NCBI GenBank assembly: GCA_946415825.1
Contig: CAMKUA010000008.1
Span: 3,812 to 67,811 of the forward strand
Origin: an uncultured Prevotella sp.
GTDB taxonomy: Bacteria; Bacteroidota; Bacteroidia; Bacteroidales; Bacteroidaceae
Length of the DNA stretch: 64,000 nt
Direction of reading: 5' to 3'
In this document: piece by piece, positions 38,618-48,535 of the stretch
Layout of the letters: the number at the start of each line of letters is the position of its first letter
Position numbering within the stretch: the stretch's first letter is position 1
The notes under the pieces: generated by a model
Told to the model about the DNA's origin: nothing
The model's input: only the letters and a program-made list of their open reading frames with translations
Database searches by the model: none
Translations under genes and position numbers: made by a program

Positions 38618-39031
38618 GTGGACGTAGAAAGGATTAAGGATATTATTAATGACAAACCAAACTTAAGTACCGCCCTCGGAATGGAGTTTATCTCCACCCC
38701 CGAGGACGATACTTGTATGGCTCGCATGAAGGTCGATGAGCGCAATCGTCAGCCCTTCGGTTTTCTCAGTGGCGGAGCCTCCTTGGCGTTGGCCGAGAAT
38801 GTGGCTGGTGTGGGTTCTTCTTCGCTCTGTCCGGGTTGTGCCTGTGTGGGCATCGAGGTCAGCGGCAGTCATGTAAAGGCTGTGGCCGAAGGCGATACGG
38901 TGACGGCCTATGCCCGTCTGCTACACAAGGGCTCCACGCTCCACGTCTGGAACGTGGATATCCGTGACACCTCGGGCGAGCTTATCTCCAATGTTCGTGT
39001 CACCAATTACGTGATAACTTCCAGAAGATAA
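38618..39031 (+). CDS. PaaI/hotdog thioesterase, probable DHNA-CoA thioesterase (MenI-like)
   Basis: QPFGFLSGGASLALAE; located in the men cluster; GTG start. Confidence 0.85.
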   Translation: MDVERIKDIINDKPNLSTALGMEFISTPEDDTCMARMKVDERNRQPFGFLSGGASLALAENVAGVGSSSLCPGCACVGIEVSGSHVKAVAEGDTVTAYARLLHKGSTLHVWNVDIRDTSGELISNVRVTNYVITSRR

Positions 39032-40095
39032 TGCCAGGATTTGCTATATACCGGTTGCCTCATGAGTCGCAAGTGACATGGGTTCTGCAGACGGAAGGGG
39101 AACCGGTGGAGTTGACTTCGTGTACAGAATTGAATGGTCGTCGCGGCTTTGTGATAGCCCCTTTTGAGGTTACACCAAACCAGCCCATTCTGCTCATTCG
39201 TCCAGATAGTGTGGACACATGTCCCGTTGAGGCGGTCCCCACCTTGCAGTTGCCCGATGTCGCCACGTCGTCTATGGGCATTGTGGGCGGTAAGCAGATG
39301 CACTATGCCATCGACTTTGCCAACGATCATTCCCAGCTCCAGCTTGGCACCTTCCGTAAGATTGTGCTTGCCCGCTGTTCCGACGAAGAAACACCTGAGC
39401 CCATCTCGCCCCTCGAACTCTTCCATCGTGCCTGCCTGCTCTATCCTCGCATGTTCATCTCCTTGGTCAGCACGACCAAGAGCGGCTGTTGGCTTACGGC
39501 TACGCCCGAGATTCTGCTTGAAGGTGATGCCGACAACCATTGGCGCACCATCGCGCTGGCCGGTACTATGCAACTGGAGGGTGACCAACTTAATGGCGAA
39601 GGTGAGAATCTCAGTTGGAGCACAAAAAATATAAAGGAGCAGCGCTATGTGGCTACCTACATCGCCGAGTGCCTGGAGCGCTTTACCCGCGATTTTCACG
39701 AGGAGGGTCCTTCCACCGTCCGTGCTGCTAATCTGGTCCATCTACGTAGCGACTTCACATTCTCTCTGCCCGATGTATCCCATATCGGCGATCTCTTGCA
39801 GACTCTCCATCCCACACCCGCCGTCTGTGGTCTGCCCAAGCGCGAGGCTTTTCAGTTCATTGTCCGCAACGAACATACTCCCCGTCGATATTATAGCGGT
39901 TTTATGGGCATGCTCGATGCCGAGCGCTTCACCCATCTTTACGTCTCACTGCGGTGTATGAACATTGAAGGCCGCCATTATCATCTCTATGCCGGAGGTG
40001 GACTGCTCAAGGACAGCACCCAGGAACAGGAATGGCAGGAGACTGAGGCCAAACTTGAAACAATGAGAAGATGTATAGCAACAAAGAACATGTAA
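39031..40095 (+). CDS. menF: Isochorismate synthase
   Basis: KIVLAR, ATPEIL, ALAGT, LHPTPAVCG, YAGGG; men context. Confidence 0.9.
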   Translation: MPGFAIYRLPHESQVTWVLQTEGEPVELTSCTELNGRRGFVIAPFEVTPNQPILLIRPDSVDTCPVEAVPTLQLPDVATSSMGIVGGKQMHYAIDFANDHSQLQLGTFRKIVLARCSDEETPEPISPLELFHRACLLYPRMFISLVSTTKSGCWLTATPEILLEGDADNHWRTIALAGTMQLEGDQLNGEGENLSWSTKNIKEQRYVATYIAECLERFTRDFHEEGPSTVRAANLVHLRSDFTFSLPDVSHIGDLLQTLHPTPAVCGLPKREAFQFIVRNEHTPRRYYSGFMGMLDAERFTHLYVSLRCMNIEGRHYHLYAGGGLLKDSTQEQEWQETEAKLETMRRCIATKNM

Positions 40096-41627
40096 ATATA
40101 CTGACGGCTCTGCTTGTAGCGCATGGTGTGCGTTATGCTGTGGTCTGTCCAGGAAGCCGCAATGCCCCCATTACCCACAATCTGAACGAGTGTCCCGACA
40201 TCACCTGCTTTCCCGTTACCGACGAGCGTTCGGCGGGTTTCTATGCCTTGGGTATGTCGCAGGCGCTCAAGTGTCCCGTCGCCGTCTGTGTCACCAGCGG
40301 TACTGCCTTGTTGAATCTCGCTCCAGCTGTGGCCGAGGCCTATTATCAGCACATCCCCTTGGTGGTGATATCCGCTGACCGTCCCCAACAATGGATCGAC
40401 CAGTTGGAAGGGCAGACACTGCCACAGCCTGATGCTTTGGGGCGATTTGTGAAGAAGGCTGTCAGCCTGCCTGAGATTTCTGAAGGTGATGAAGAGAGCC
40501 GATGGTACTGCAACCGCCTCGTTAACGAGATCCTTATCGTCAGGCATGCCCCTGTGCATATCAATGTGCCCATTACCGAGCCCCTTTTCTCCTTCACAGT
40601 TTCTGAACTGCCTGTCGAGCGAACGATTGAGTTGATGCCTGCCGACGTGTCGCCAGCCACACTGAGTCATGTTGCGCGTATGTTCCTTCAGGCCAAGCGA
40701 CCTATACTCATCAGCGGTCAGCCCTTGAATCCCCTTATGGACGAGGCCGTCGCTCTTGTGGGTGATGACGATCTCTATGTGCCCGACTTCGTACTCTACA
40801 TCGGCGGTTCCATCGTCAGTAAGCGTCTCCGTCGGTTCCTGCGTAAGGCAAAGGAGACTTGGGTGGTGAATGCCGATGGCGAGGTGACCGACACTTTTAT
40901 GAATCTTACCCACGTGGTTCAGGGTGATGCAGAGGCCGTAGCCGATCATATCCGTTTTATGCTCGTTATGGAGCCCCATCCTTTCGTCCAGCTTTGGGAT
41001 ACCCTATTGGCTAGCCTTCGACAGAAGACCGAAGCCTATGAGCCCGCCTATTCCCAGATGGCTGCCGTGAAATATTTCGAGGCCCATGTGAGCGAGGCTG
41101 TGGTGCATTATGCCAATAGTTCTGCGATCCGTCTTGCCAATATCTTCGCCCAGCATCCCGTATGGTGCAACCGCGGTGTCAACGGCATTGAGGGCTCACT
41201 CTCCACAGCCGCAGGCTTTTCGGTGGTCTGCAACGATCGTGTCTATTGTGTCATCGGCGACCTTAGTTTCTTCTACGACCAGAACGCCCTTTGGAATCAA
41301 AACCTGCGAAATAATTTCCGTATCCTGCTGCTCAATAATGGGCGAGGCGGTATTTTCAATATGCTACCCGGCTTGGAACAGAGTCCTGCCCGTGACAAGA
41401 TCGTTGCCGCCGAGCATCAGACCTCTGCTGAGGGTATTTGTCGTCAGAATGATGTCGTCTATCTCCGTGCCGAAGGACCCTACGACATTCATCAGGCCAT
41501 CGACACCTTATTATATATAGAGAGCGACCGCCCCGTGCTCCTAGAGGTCTTCACCGATGCTTCTGATGACGAGCGCGTCTATAAAGACTATCAATCGGCT
41601 CTTTTACACAGTATGGACAGGCCATAG
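40071..41627 (+). CDS. menD: SEPHCHC synthase
   Basis: CPGSRNAP, DERSAGF, TSGTA, ADRP, NRGVNGIEG, GDLSF...NNG. Confidence 0.95.
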   Translation: MYSNKEHVNILTALLVAHGVRYAVVCPGSRNAPITHNLNECPDITCFPVTDERSAGFYALGMSQALKCPVAVCVTSGTALLNLAPAVAEAYYQHIPLVVISADRPQQWIDQLEGQTLPQPDALGRFVKKAVSLPEISEGDEESRWYCNRLVNEILIVRHAPVHINVPITEPLFSFTVSELPVERTIELMPADVSPATLSHVARMFLQAKRPILISGQPLNPLMDEAVALVGDDDLYVPDFVLYIGGSIVSKRLRRFLRKAKETWVVNADGEVTDTFMNLTHVVQGDAEAVADHIRFMLVMEPHPFVQLWDTLLASLRQKTEAYEPAYSQMAAVKYFEAHVSEAVVHYANSSAIRLANIFAQHPVWCNRGVNGIEGSLSTAAGFSVVCNDRVYCVIGDLSFFYDQNALWNQNLRNNFRILLLNNGRGGIFNMLPGLEQSPARDKIVAAEHQTSAEGICRQNDVVYLRAEGPYDIHQAIDTLLYIESDRPVLLEVFTDASDDERVYKDYQSALLHSMDRP

Positions 41628-41697
41628 AAGATTAAAGGAGATATCTGAACGACCTAAAGACCCGTAGTCTGAAGAATCTTCGAAATAACACAATCCT

Positions 41698-41723
41698 TGC
41701 GCAAAATAAGGATTTCTGCGCAA
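41698..41723 (+). promoter_or_regulatory. Putative operator, copy 1 (TGCGCAAAAT-N4-ATTTCTGCGCAA)
   Basis: Ends 50 nt before the -7 element TATTTTTG (41773); 23/26 identical to copy 2. Confidence 0.6.
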
Positions 41724-41811
41724 TTTATTTCGGAATTATACGTAAAGAAGTGGTGTTTTGGAAGAAAAGTTGTATTTTTGCAAATCTAAACAATAAAAAA
41801 TTTACATACCA

Positions 41812-42534
41812 ATGCCAGGATCACATATACTTACTATTAGTGCCGTCATTGTGTTTGTGATAGCATTCGTTATCACGATGCTGGTGTTGAATGCCGTTGC
41901 GAAGAGGATTATCTATATTAATACGAAGTTGGTGGAACACCAGAATAAGTTGCTGGAACAAAACAAGATTCAGGGTTGTGAACTGGAGAAACGGATGAGG
42001 GATCTGGAAGAACAGAGTTCAAAACTGGAGAAACAGCAAGATATGATTGATACACTGTGGCGCCAGCAGGAGGAACTGCTTGAACAGTTGAAACATAGTA
42101 CGATGGATGAGGTGATGCTGTTGCGCGAACAGACCCGTCAACAACGTGAATATATTAAACAGACGGCAGATATGACCGACGAGGAACTATTATTTTGGTT
42201 AGATCAGAAGATGGACGAGACACATCTCTTTACCGACAGCAACCTGACGCTGAAGACTATGGCAAAGACACTTGGACTCACTCAGAAACGGCTTGCCGGT
42301 TTGTTTAAGAATCATCCGAAATATGCCAGTTTTGGTGATTATCTGAATGAGAAACGCTTCTTGTTTGCCTGTCGTCTGTTGCGTGAAGAACCCCATTGGA
42401 CTATTGAGGCCGTAGGTACTGAGGCAGGTTTCGGCGGTCGCCGCACCTTCCAGACCGAAGTGAAGCGCAGGCTTGGTATTACCCCCCTACAATACCGCCA
42501 GGGCTCGGAAAGTATCATTACTCAGGATAAATAG
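41812..42534 (+). CDS. Membrane-anchored AraC-family transcriptional regulator
   Basis: N-terminal TM, coiled coil, FTDSNLTL...YLNEKR...TIEAVGTEAGF...GITPLQYR. Confidence 0.88.
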   Translation: MPGSHILTISAVIVFVIAFVITMLVLNAVAKRIIYINTKLVEHQNKLLEQNKIQGCELEKRMRDLEEQSSKLEKQQDMIDTLWRQQEELLEQLKHSTMDEVMLLREQTRQQREYIKQTADMTDEELLFWLDQKMDETHLFTDSNLTLKTMAKTLGLTQKRLAGLFKNHPKYASFGDYLNEKRFLFACRLLREEPHWTIEAVGTEAGFGGRRTFQTEVKRRLGITPLQYRQGSESIITQDK

Positions 42535-42640
42535 TCAGAAACCTCATCAGATGTTCGCCTATCTAACCTTTCTCGAAAGCAGAAGGGACCTCAATTATAT
42601 ACAGGAAAAACATCGATGAAATTGAACGAATTGAATTTTC

Positions 42641-42666
42641 TGCGCAAAATGCGAATTTCTGCGCAA
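42641..42666 (+). promoter_or_regulatory. Putative operator, copy 2
   Basis: TGCGCAAAATGCGAATTTCTGCGCAA; ends 52 nt before the -7 element TATCTTTG (42718). Confidence 0.6.
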
Positions 42667-42782
42667 ATAATCCGAAAACTTTTTTTGTGACTCCTTCTTT
42701 TTGTTATTAGAAAGTATTATCTTTGCAAGAATTAATTAGGAACTCTAACATTAATAGTTATTATAACTAACATCAATTGCCA

Positions 42783-43565
42783 ATGAAAACAAAGAAAGTG
42801 TTATTAATTGTTCTGGGGGTGACGATGATACTTCCAGCAAGTGGCCAGTCGTGGAACAAATGGGACACGCATAGTACCATTAATAGTATTTTGGGTGTAG
42901 CCAATTCTGCCATAGAGTCAGCCGAACGAAGAAAGGAGATGGAAATCCAAGCTCGTCAGAAGATAGAGTTTGAACAGAGTTTCAAAGATGCGATAACTGA
43001 GGCTAAGGCCTATGAGGCTCAGGAAAACTGGGAGGAAGCCTTAGAGAAATACGAAGAGGCCGCCAAACTGAACTGCAAGTACGGTTATACAGACCAGCAC
43101 ACTTTGTCGAGGAAAATCACCAGTCTGTATGTTAAAGGCGGGCGTGAGGATGACGGACCCAGCATCCTGAATAACTCAAAGACCATCCTGTCGGACTATT
43201 CAAAGTATCGTTATGTAAAGGAGAACCCTGTATTTACAAATAAAAAGAATGCTGCAGGTATCCAAATCTGCCGAGTGGCCTGCTCTGCCTCAGAAACACG
43301 CATTGAGTTGGAAGTAGAGGCACTTTCTGCCAACAAATATTGTAGTATTTCAGGAGGTACCTATATCAAAGGAAACAAAGGAGGTAAATTGGGGCTGGAA
43401 AGTGTGGAGAACGTCACGATGGCCCCTGCCCGCACTTATATTCCCTGGCCCTATCAGAAGCTTCGCTTTACCCTTCTCTTCCCGCCACTGCCAGAAGAGG
43501 CTAAGGAATTCGACCTGATATTCCCCTCATCAGTATGGCAGTTCAAGGACCTCAAGTGCAAGTAA
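42783..43565 (+). CDS. Exported hypothetical protein (helical/TPR-like part plus beta domain)
   Basis: Signal peptide; WEEALEKYEEAAKL; FTLLFPPLP. Confidence 0.7.
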   Translation: MKTKKVLLIVLGVTMILPASGQSWNKWDTHSTINSILGVANSAIESAERRKEMEIQARQKIEFEQSFKDAITEAKAYEAQENWEEALEKYEEAAKLNCKYGYTDQHTLSRKITSLYVKGGREDDGPSILNNSKTILSDYSKYRYVKENPVFTNKKNAAGIQICRVACSASETRIELEVEALSANKYCSISGGTYIKGNKGGKLGLESVENVTMAPARTYIPWPYQKLRFTLLFPPLPEEAKEFDLIFPSSVWQFKDLKCK

Positions 43566-43634
43566 TCAAGAATGAACGAATAGTTGAAAACAAATATACA
43601 ACTCAATTTATTAACTAATTTAAACAAAATAAAA

Positions 43635-44156
43635 ATGAAAAAGAATCTTTTATGGATGTTCGCCGCCATTCTGTTTTGCAGTGTTATGACAACCTCTTGC
43701 GGTAGTGATGATGATGACAGCAGCAGCTCAGGTGGCGATACGAATATCGTAGGCATGCGTATTGCATACGCAGTGACATTACTTGATGGTTATAATACCC
43801 TGGAAGACTACACCATTTCAGTGACCTGGACAGATGAAAGCGGAAAAGATGTCACCGAGAACATTACCACAGACTTTGTTAAGGATGTCATGCTCAAGTC
43901 TTCTCAGGGCACTAAAGCCACATTTATCGTTAAATGTACGCCCACTAACTCCAACAAGGCGGAGCACAATATAGGCGTGGATATTGCATTTTTAGCAAAG
44001 CCTATGAATTCCAAGGGTGAAGTAACTGAAAGGGGCTCGCAAAGAGAAGCCAAGACTTACGACAAGAAGGCCTTGACTACCGAGGGTTATAAGGAATATA
44101 TTTTCTCCAGGAAGTTCCAACTCGTTAATGGACAAATCAATAGTATAAGTGAATAA
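43635..44156 (+). CDS. Hypothetical lipoprotein
   Basis: Lipobox MTTSC followed by acidic GSDDDD. Confidence 0.75.
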   Translation: MKKNLLWMFAAILFCSVMTTSCGSDDDDSSSSGGDTNIVGMRIAYAVTLLDGYNTLEDYTISVTWTDESGKDVTENITTDFVKDVMLKSSQGTKATFIVKCTPTNSNKAEHNIGVDIAFLAKPMNSKGEVTERGSQREAKTYDKKALTTEGYKEYIFSRKFQLVNGQINSISE

Positions 44157-44210
44157 TGCTTTGCTCCACATGATGGTGGAAGAAAGTATAACAAACTATT
44201 ATTATTCAGT

Positions 44211-44254
44211 TTTATCCCCTGCTTATCATAAGATGGCGGGGGATAACTCTTTTT
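44211..44254 (+). terminator. Probable terminator ending the inserted module
   Basis: ttatcccc...ggggataa followed by ctctttt. Confidence 0.55.
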
Positions 44255-44320
44255 ATTCTGTGCCTTCATACATTTTCGTTAATTTGTGTGCAAAAATGGT
44301 GTAAATCCGTAGGAAAACAC

Positions 44321-44328
44321 TATCTTTG
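44321..44328 (+). promoter_or_regulatory. -7 promoter element for menBCE (TATCTTTG)
   Basis: 21 nt upstream of ATG 44350. Confidence 0.6.
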
Positions 44329-44349
44329 CGGAAAAAACATAAAAGGACA

Positions 44350-45207
44350 ATGGAAACAAGAAACTGGAAAACTATTCGGGAGTTTAAAGAGATTCTCTTT
44401 GAGGAGTACAACGGCATTGCTAAGATTACCATCAACCGCCCGCAGTATCGCAACGCCTTTACGCCCAAGACCACTTGGGAGTTGAGCCAGGCTTTTGCCC
44501 TGTGCAGAGAGATGCAGGAGATCAGTGTGGTATTGCTGACGGGAGCGATGAGTGAGGTGCCTGAGGGTAAGACGCTGGCCGACGTGAAGCATGCTTTCTG
44601 CAGTGGTGGCGATATGCATGTGAAAGGGCGTGGCGGCTATGTGGACGAAGAGGGCGTGCCCCGTCTGAGTGTGCTCGACGTGCAGATGCAGATACGTCGT
44701 TTGCCTAAGCCCGTGATAGCGATGGTGAACGGTTATGCTATCGGTGGTGGTCATGTACTCCACCTGGTGTGCGACCTGACGATAGCATCTGAGAATGCTG
44801 TCTTCGGTCAGACAGGTCCAAAGGTGGGCTCGTTTGATGCCGGCTTCGGCTCGTCGTATCTGGCTCGTATTGTGGGTCAGAAGAAGGCTCGAGAGATATG
44901 GTTCCTCTGCCGCCAATACTCGGCTAAGGAGGCTGAGGAGATGGGGATGGTGAATAAGGTGGTGCCCATCGAGCGACTGGAGGATGAGTGCGTAGAGTGG
45001 GCTGAGATCATGATGGAGCGCTCGCCGCTGGCCCTGCGTATGATTAAGGCAGGCCTGAACGCTGAACTCGACGGACAGGCAGGTATTCAGGAACTGGCGG
45101 GCGACTGTACAATGCTCTACTACTTCCTCGACGAAGCGCAGGAGGGCGGTAAGGCCTTCCTCGAGAAGCGCAAGCCTGACTTTAAGAAATATCCTAAGCT
45201 GCCATAA
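44350..45207 (+). CDS. menB: 1,4-dihydroxy-2-naphthoyl-CoA synthase
   Basis: [39 protein letters not shown]. Confidence 0.96.
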   Translation: METRNWKTIREFKEILFEEYNGIAKITINRPQYRNAFTPKTTWELSQAFALCREMQEISVVLLTGAMSEVPEGKTLADVKHAFCSGGDMHVKGRGGYVDEEGVPRLSVLDVQMQIRRLPKPVIAMVNGYAIGGGHVLHLVCDLTIASENAVFGQTGPKVGSFDAGFGSSYLARIVGQKKAREIWFLCRQYSAKEAEEMGMVNKVVPIERLEDECVEWAEIMMERSPLALRMIKAGLNAELDGQAGIQELAGDCTMLYYFLDEAQEGGKAFLEKRKPDFKKYPKLP

Positions 45208-45240
45208 TGCTTTTAGGCTCGGTTTTAAACGAATGTCATT

Positions 45241-46251
45241 ATGCGATTTGAAATAGAAGAACAACTGCTGCATTTCAAGCAGCCTGCGGGCACGTCGAGA
45301 GGGGTTTATACTACTCGTAAAATCTGGCTCGTGCATCTTTCTGACGGTCTGCGTGAGGGAGTGGGGGAGTGCGCACCTCTGCCCGACTTAAGTTGTGACG
45401 CAAGGCCCGATTACGGAGAGGTGCTCGAGGGATTCTGTCAGTCGCTCTGCGAGACGGGCGAGATAGACTATGAGGCCTTGCGCACATACCCCTCGATGCT
45501 CTTCGGTCTTGAAACGGCCCTCCTGAACCTTCAGCAAGGCGACCAACTGTTTGATACGGCCTTCAGTCGTGGTGAGGTGGGCATCCCCATCAACGGTCTG
45601 GTGTGGATGGGCAGTTACGACGAGATGCTGAAGCGTATGGAGGAGAAACTGGAGAAAGGTTTCCGTTGCGTGAAACTGAAGATTGGCGCCATCGACTTCG
45701 ATCAGGAACTGGATCTGGTGAAGCGCATCCGTGAGCGGTTCTCGTTCCACGAGGTGGAGTTGAGACTCGACGCCAACGGGGCTTTCCCCTTTGAGGAGGT
45801 GCTTTACAAGCTGGAACTGCTCTCTCAATATGCCATCCACTCCATAGAACAACCTATTAAGGCCGGACAGTGGGCCTATATGGCAGAGCTTTGCCGGGAG
45901 TCGCCGTTGCCCATTGCCCTCGACGAAGAACTGATAGGCGTGAACGATCCGGAGATGAAGGCCCATATGCTGAATATCATCAAGCCCCGTTATATCATCC
46001 TGAAACCTTCGTTGCACGGTGGTATGATGGGTTGCAGGGAGTGGATAGAGGCAGCAAGGCAACAGGGTATAGGGTCGTGGATTACTTCCGCTCTGGAGAG
46101 TAACATTGGATTGAACGCTATTGCCCAGTTCGCCTCCGACGTTTATGGTGACGATATCCGTATGCCCCAAGGGTTGGGTACGGGCCAGTTGTTTACTGAT
46201 AATATCCCTCTGCCCTTAGAAATCAGGGGCGACCAGTTGTGGAGAAAGTAA
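45241..46251 (+). CDS. menC: o-succinylbenzoate synthase
   Basis: KLKIG, RLDANG, EQP, ALDE, ILKP, GLGT. Confidence 0.92.
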   Translation: MRFEIEEQLLHFKQPAGTSRGVYTTRKIWLVHLSDGLREGVGECAPLPDLSCDARPDYGEVLEGFCQSLCETGEIDYEALRTYPSMLFGLETALLNLQQGDQLFDTAFSRGEVGIPINGLVWMGSYDEMLKRMEEKLEKGFRCVKLKIGAIDFDQELDLVKRIRERFSFHEVELRLDANGAFPFEEVLYKLELLSQYAIHSIEQPIKAGQWAYMAELCRESPLPIALDEELIGVNDPEMKAHMLNIIKPRYIILKPSLHGGMMGCREWIEAARQQGIGSWITSALESNIGLNAIAQFASDVYGDDIRMPQGLGTGQLFTDNIPLPLEIRGDQLWRK

Positions 46252-46276
46252 AAAGGTAAAAGAGTAAAAAGGTAAG
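46248..46276. repeat. Octamer repeat (GTAAAARR) forming the menC-menE spacer
   Basis: gtaaaaag gtaaaaga gtaaaaag gtaag. Confidence 0.7.
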
Positions 46277-47239
46277 ATGTCTTTGGAAGAATTCTTGGAG
46301 GAGTGGAATAACTCTTCGCCCTATGTTCATGTACAGACGAGCGGTTCTACGGGCGCTCCGAAGCCTATGATGGTGGAGAAGCGGCGGATGCTTGCTTCTG
46401 CCCGTATCACCTGCGACTTTCTTGCTCTCCACGAGGGCGACACCGCCTTGCTCTGTATGTCGCTCGACTATATAGCCGGTAAGATGATGGTGGTGCGCTC
46501 GTTGGAGCGCAGACTGAAACTGATTGCTGTCGAGCCGTCAGGTCATCCGTTGGCTGCTGTCAACTCCGACATCAACTTTGCCGCTATGGTGCCGATGCAG
46601 GTGTTTAACTCGCTTCAGGTGCCAGAAGAGCGCGAACGCCTCATGCAGATCAAACAGTTGATTATCGGCGGCGGTGCCATCGACGAGGTGATGGCTGCAG
46701 AGTTGAAAACCTTTCCGAATGCCGTCTGGAGCACCTATGGTATGACTGAGACACTCTCCCACATCGCCCTGCGCCGGCTTTCGGGTACAGAGGCCTCAGA
46801 GTGGTACTCGCCCTTTGATGCTGTGAGCGTAAGTCTCTCTGCCGACGGTTGTCTGGTGATCGAGGCTCCTGAGGTTTGCGAGGGGCGTCTGGTGACCAAC
46901 GATATAGCCGAACTCGCTACAGATGGGCGATTCCGCATTCTCGGGCGCAAGGACAATGTTATCTGTTCGGGCGGTCTGAAGATTCAGGCGGAGCAGGTAG
47001 AGCGATCATTGCAACCTTACATGCACCACCCTTTCATGATCAGCAAACGGCCAGATGAGAAATTCGGTGAGATTGTGGTGCTGCTGACTGAAGGCTCTAC
47101 AGACGATGCTCAAGCTATCTGTGAGCGCATCCTTCCCAAATACCACCAGCCCCGCGCCTATCTGCATGTTCCCACAATTCCCCTGACTGCCACAGGTAAG
47201 CCTGCCCGCAAGGAGGCAGAAGTACTGGCAAAAGGCTAA
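46277..47239 (+). CDS. menE: o-succinylbenzoate--CoA ligase
   Basis: TSGSTGAPK, YGMTET, GRKDNVICSGG, TGKP. Confidence 0.9.
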   Translation: MSLEEFLEEWNNSSPYVHVQTSGSTGAPKPMMVEKRRMLASARITCDFLALHEGDTALLCMSLDYIAGKMMVVRSLERRLKLIAVEPSGHPLAAVNSDINFAAMVPMQVFNSLQVPEERERLMQIKQLIIGGGAIDEVMAAELKTFPNAVWSTYGMTETLSHIALRRLSGTEASEWYSPFDAVSVSLSADGCLVIEAPEVCEGRLVTNDIAELATDGRFRILGRKDNVICSGGLKIQAEQVERSLQPYMHHPFMISKRPDEKFGEIVVLLTEGSTDDAQAICERILPKYHQPRAYLHVPTIPLTATGKPARKEAEVLAKG

Positions 47240-47276
47240 AAAAGAGATAGGGCTACTCTCACGAGCGGCCCTATCT
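47238..47276 (-). terminator. Hairpin terminator between convergent menE and aroB
   Basis: agatagggc...gccctatct with an A-run on the left. Confidence 0.65.
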
Positions 47277-47333
47277 GCGATTAGTTAGTAATATGATTAG
47301 GTCAATTAAGTTGATTGGTTAATCTTTATCGGG

Positions 47334-48383
47334 TTAGCCCTCCCTGTAGAAGTCGAGGGCTTCGTAAATCTCTTCTTTGGTAGCAGTCTGGTTGATGCGG
47401 ATGTCTCCGATAGCCCCTAATAACGTGAAGTTAATCGTGTCGGCCACATTCTTCTTGTCGTGCGTCATCAGCTCGAGCAGGGCAGGGTAGTCGTCACAGG
47501 TGATGGTCATCTTCCCGTAGTGCTCCTTGATGAAACCGACGGTCTGGTGCATCTTATCCGTTGGGAAACCCGTCTTGATGCAACTCAGGTAGAGTTCGCA
47601 GATAAGTCCCCAGGCTACGGCATAGCCGTGAAGGACGGGCTTGCGCTGTAAGGCCAGCGATTCGAAGGCGTGCCCCACAGTATGCCCCAGGTTAAGGGCC
47701 TTGCGGATGCCTTTCTCTGTGGGATCCTCAGTGACGATGCGCTCCTTGACGGCCACACTGTCGGCCACCATACTGCGAAGTGCCACCAGATCGGGCTGCT
47801 CGAGGTTGAAGCTTAGAAGCTGGCCCCACATCTGTTCGTTGGAGATAAGACCGTGCTTCAGCATCTCTGCGTAGCCCGAACAGATGTTCTCGGCATCGAG
47901 CGTCGCCAGGAACTGGGTGTCGAGGATTACCGAACTGGCGTTGTTGAACACGCCGATCTCGTTTTTCAGTCCTCTGAAGTTGATGCCCGTCTTACCGCCC
48001 ACGCTGGCATCGACCATAGCCAGCAGCGTAGTAGGGATGTTGATGTAGTTGATGCCCCGCTTGAAGGTAGAGGCTGCAAAACCTCCCAGATCGGTCACCA
48101 TACCGCCACCTATATTAATTAATAAGGAGTGTCGGGTGGCTCCGCCTGTGCCCAGTTCTTCCCAAACGTGGGCCAGAGAATCAAGTGTCTTGTGGGTGTC
48201 TGTTGCGCCAATGGTGATAAGTCTGGCATCGCTTAATGCGCTGAACCCCTTTACAACGGGCAGACAACAGCGGGCAGTTGTTTCATCGGCCAGCATAAAG
48301 ATACGGTCGTGCTCACAACAAGAAATGGCCTCGTTGAGGGACTGCTCAAGTTTTTCCGCAATGATGACTTTTTGTTGGTTCAT
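47334..48383 (-). CDS. aroB: 3-dehydroquinate synthase
   Basis: GGGMVTDLGGF, PTTLLAMVDASVGGKTGIN, LNLGHTVGHAFE, HGYAV, DKK. Confidence 0.96.
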   Translation of the reverse strand: MNQQKVIIAEKLEQSLNEAISCCEHDRIFMLADETTARCCLPVVKGFSALSDARLITIGATDTHKTLDSLAHVWEELGTGGATRHSLLINIGGGMVTDLGGFAASTFKRGINYINIPTTLLAMVDASVGGKTGINFRGLKNEIGVFNNASSVILDTQFLATLDAENICSGYAEMLKHGLISNEQMWGQLLSFNLEQPDLVALRSMVADSVAVKERIVTEDPTEKGIRKALNLGHTVGHAFESLALQRKPVLHGYAVAWGLICELYLSCIKTGFPTDKMHQTVGFIKEHYGKMTITCDDYPALLELMTHDKKNVADTINFTLLGAIGDIRINQTATKEEIYEALDFYREG

Positions 48384-48535
48384 CTTTTTATGGTTGGGTT
48401 CAGACCTTGATGTTAACGGGTGCAAAGATACAATTATTATTTGAAACAGACGAACGAAAAACTAAAAAAATACAGCACTCGTTAAACTTTTCCTTGTTTT
48501 TTCCGTCAAAGTGTCAAGTTAATCAAACAAAGAGC

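Noticed and set aside
41628-44300. Transposon or prophage
   Set aside because: No transposase, integrase, terminal repeats or phage genes are visible; kept only as an accessory module.
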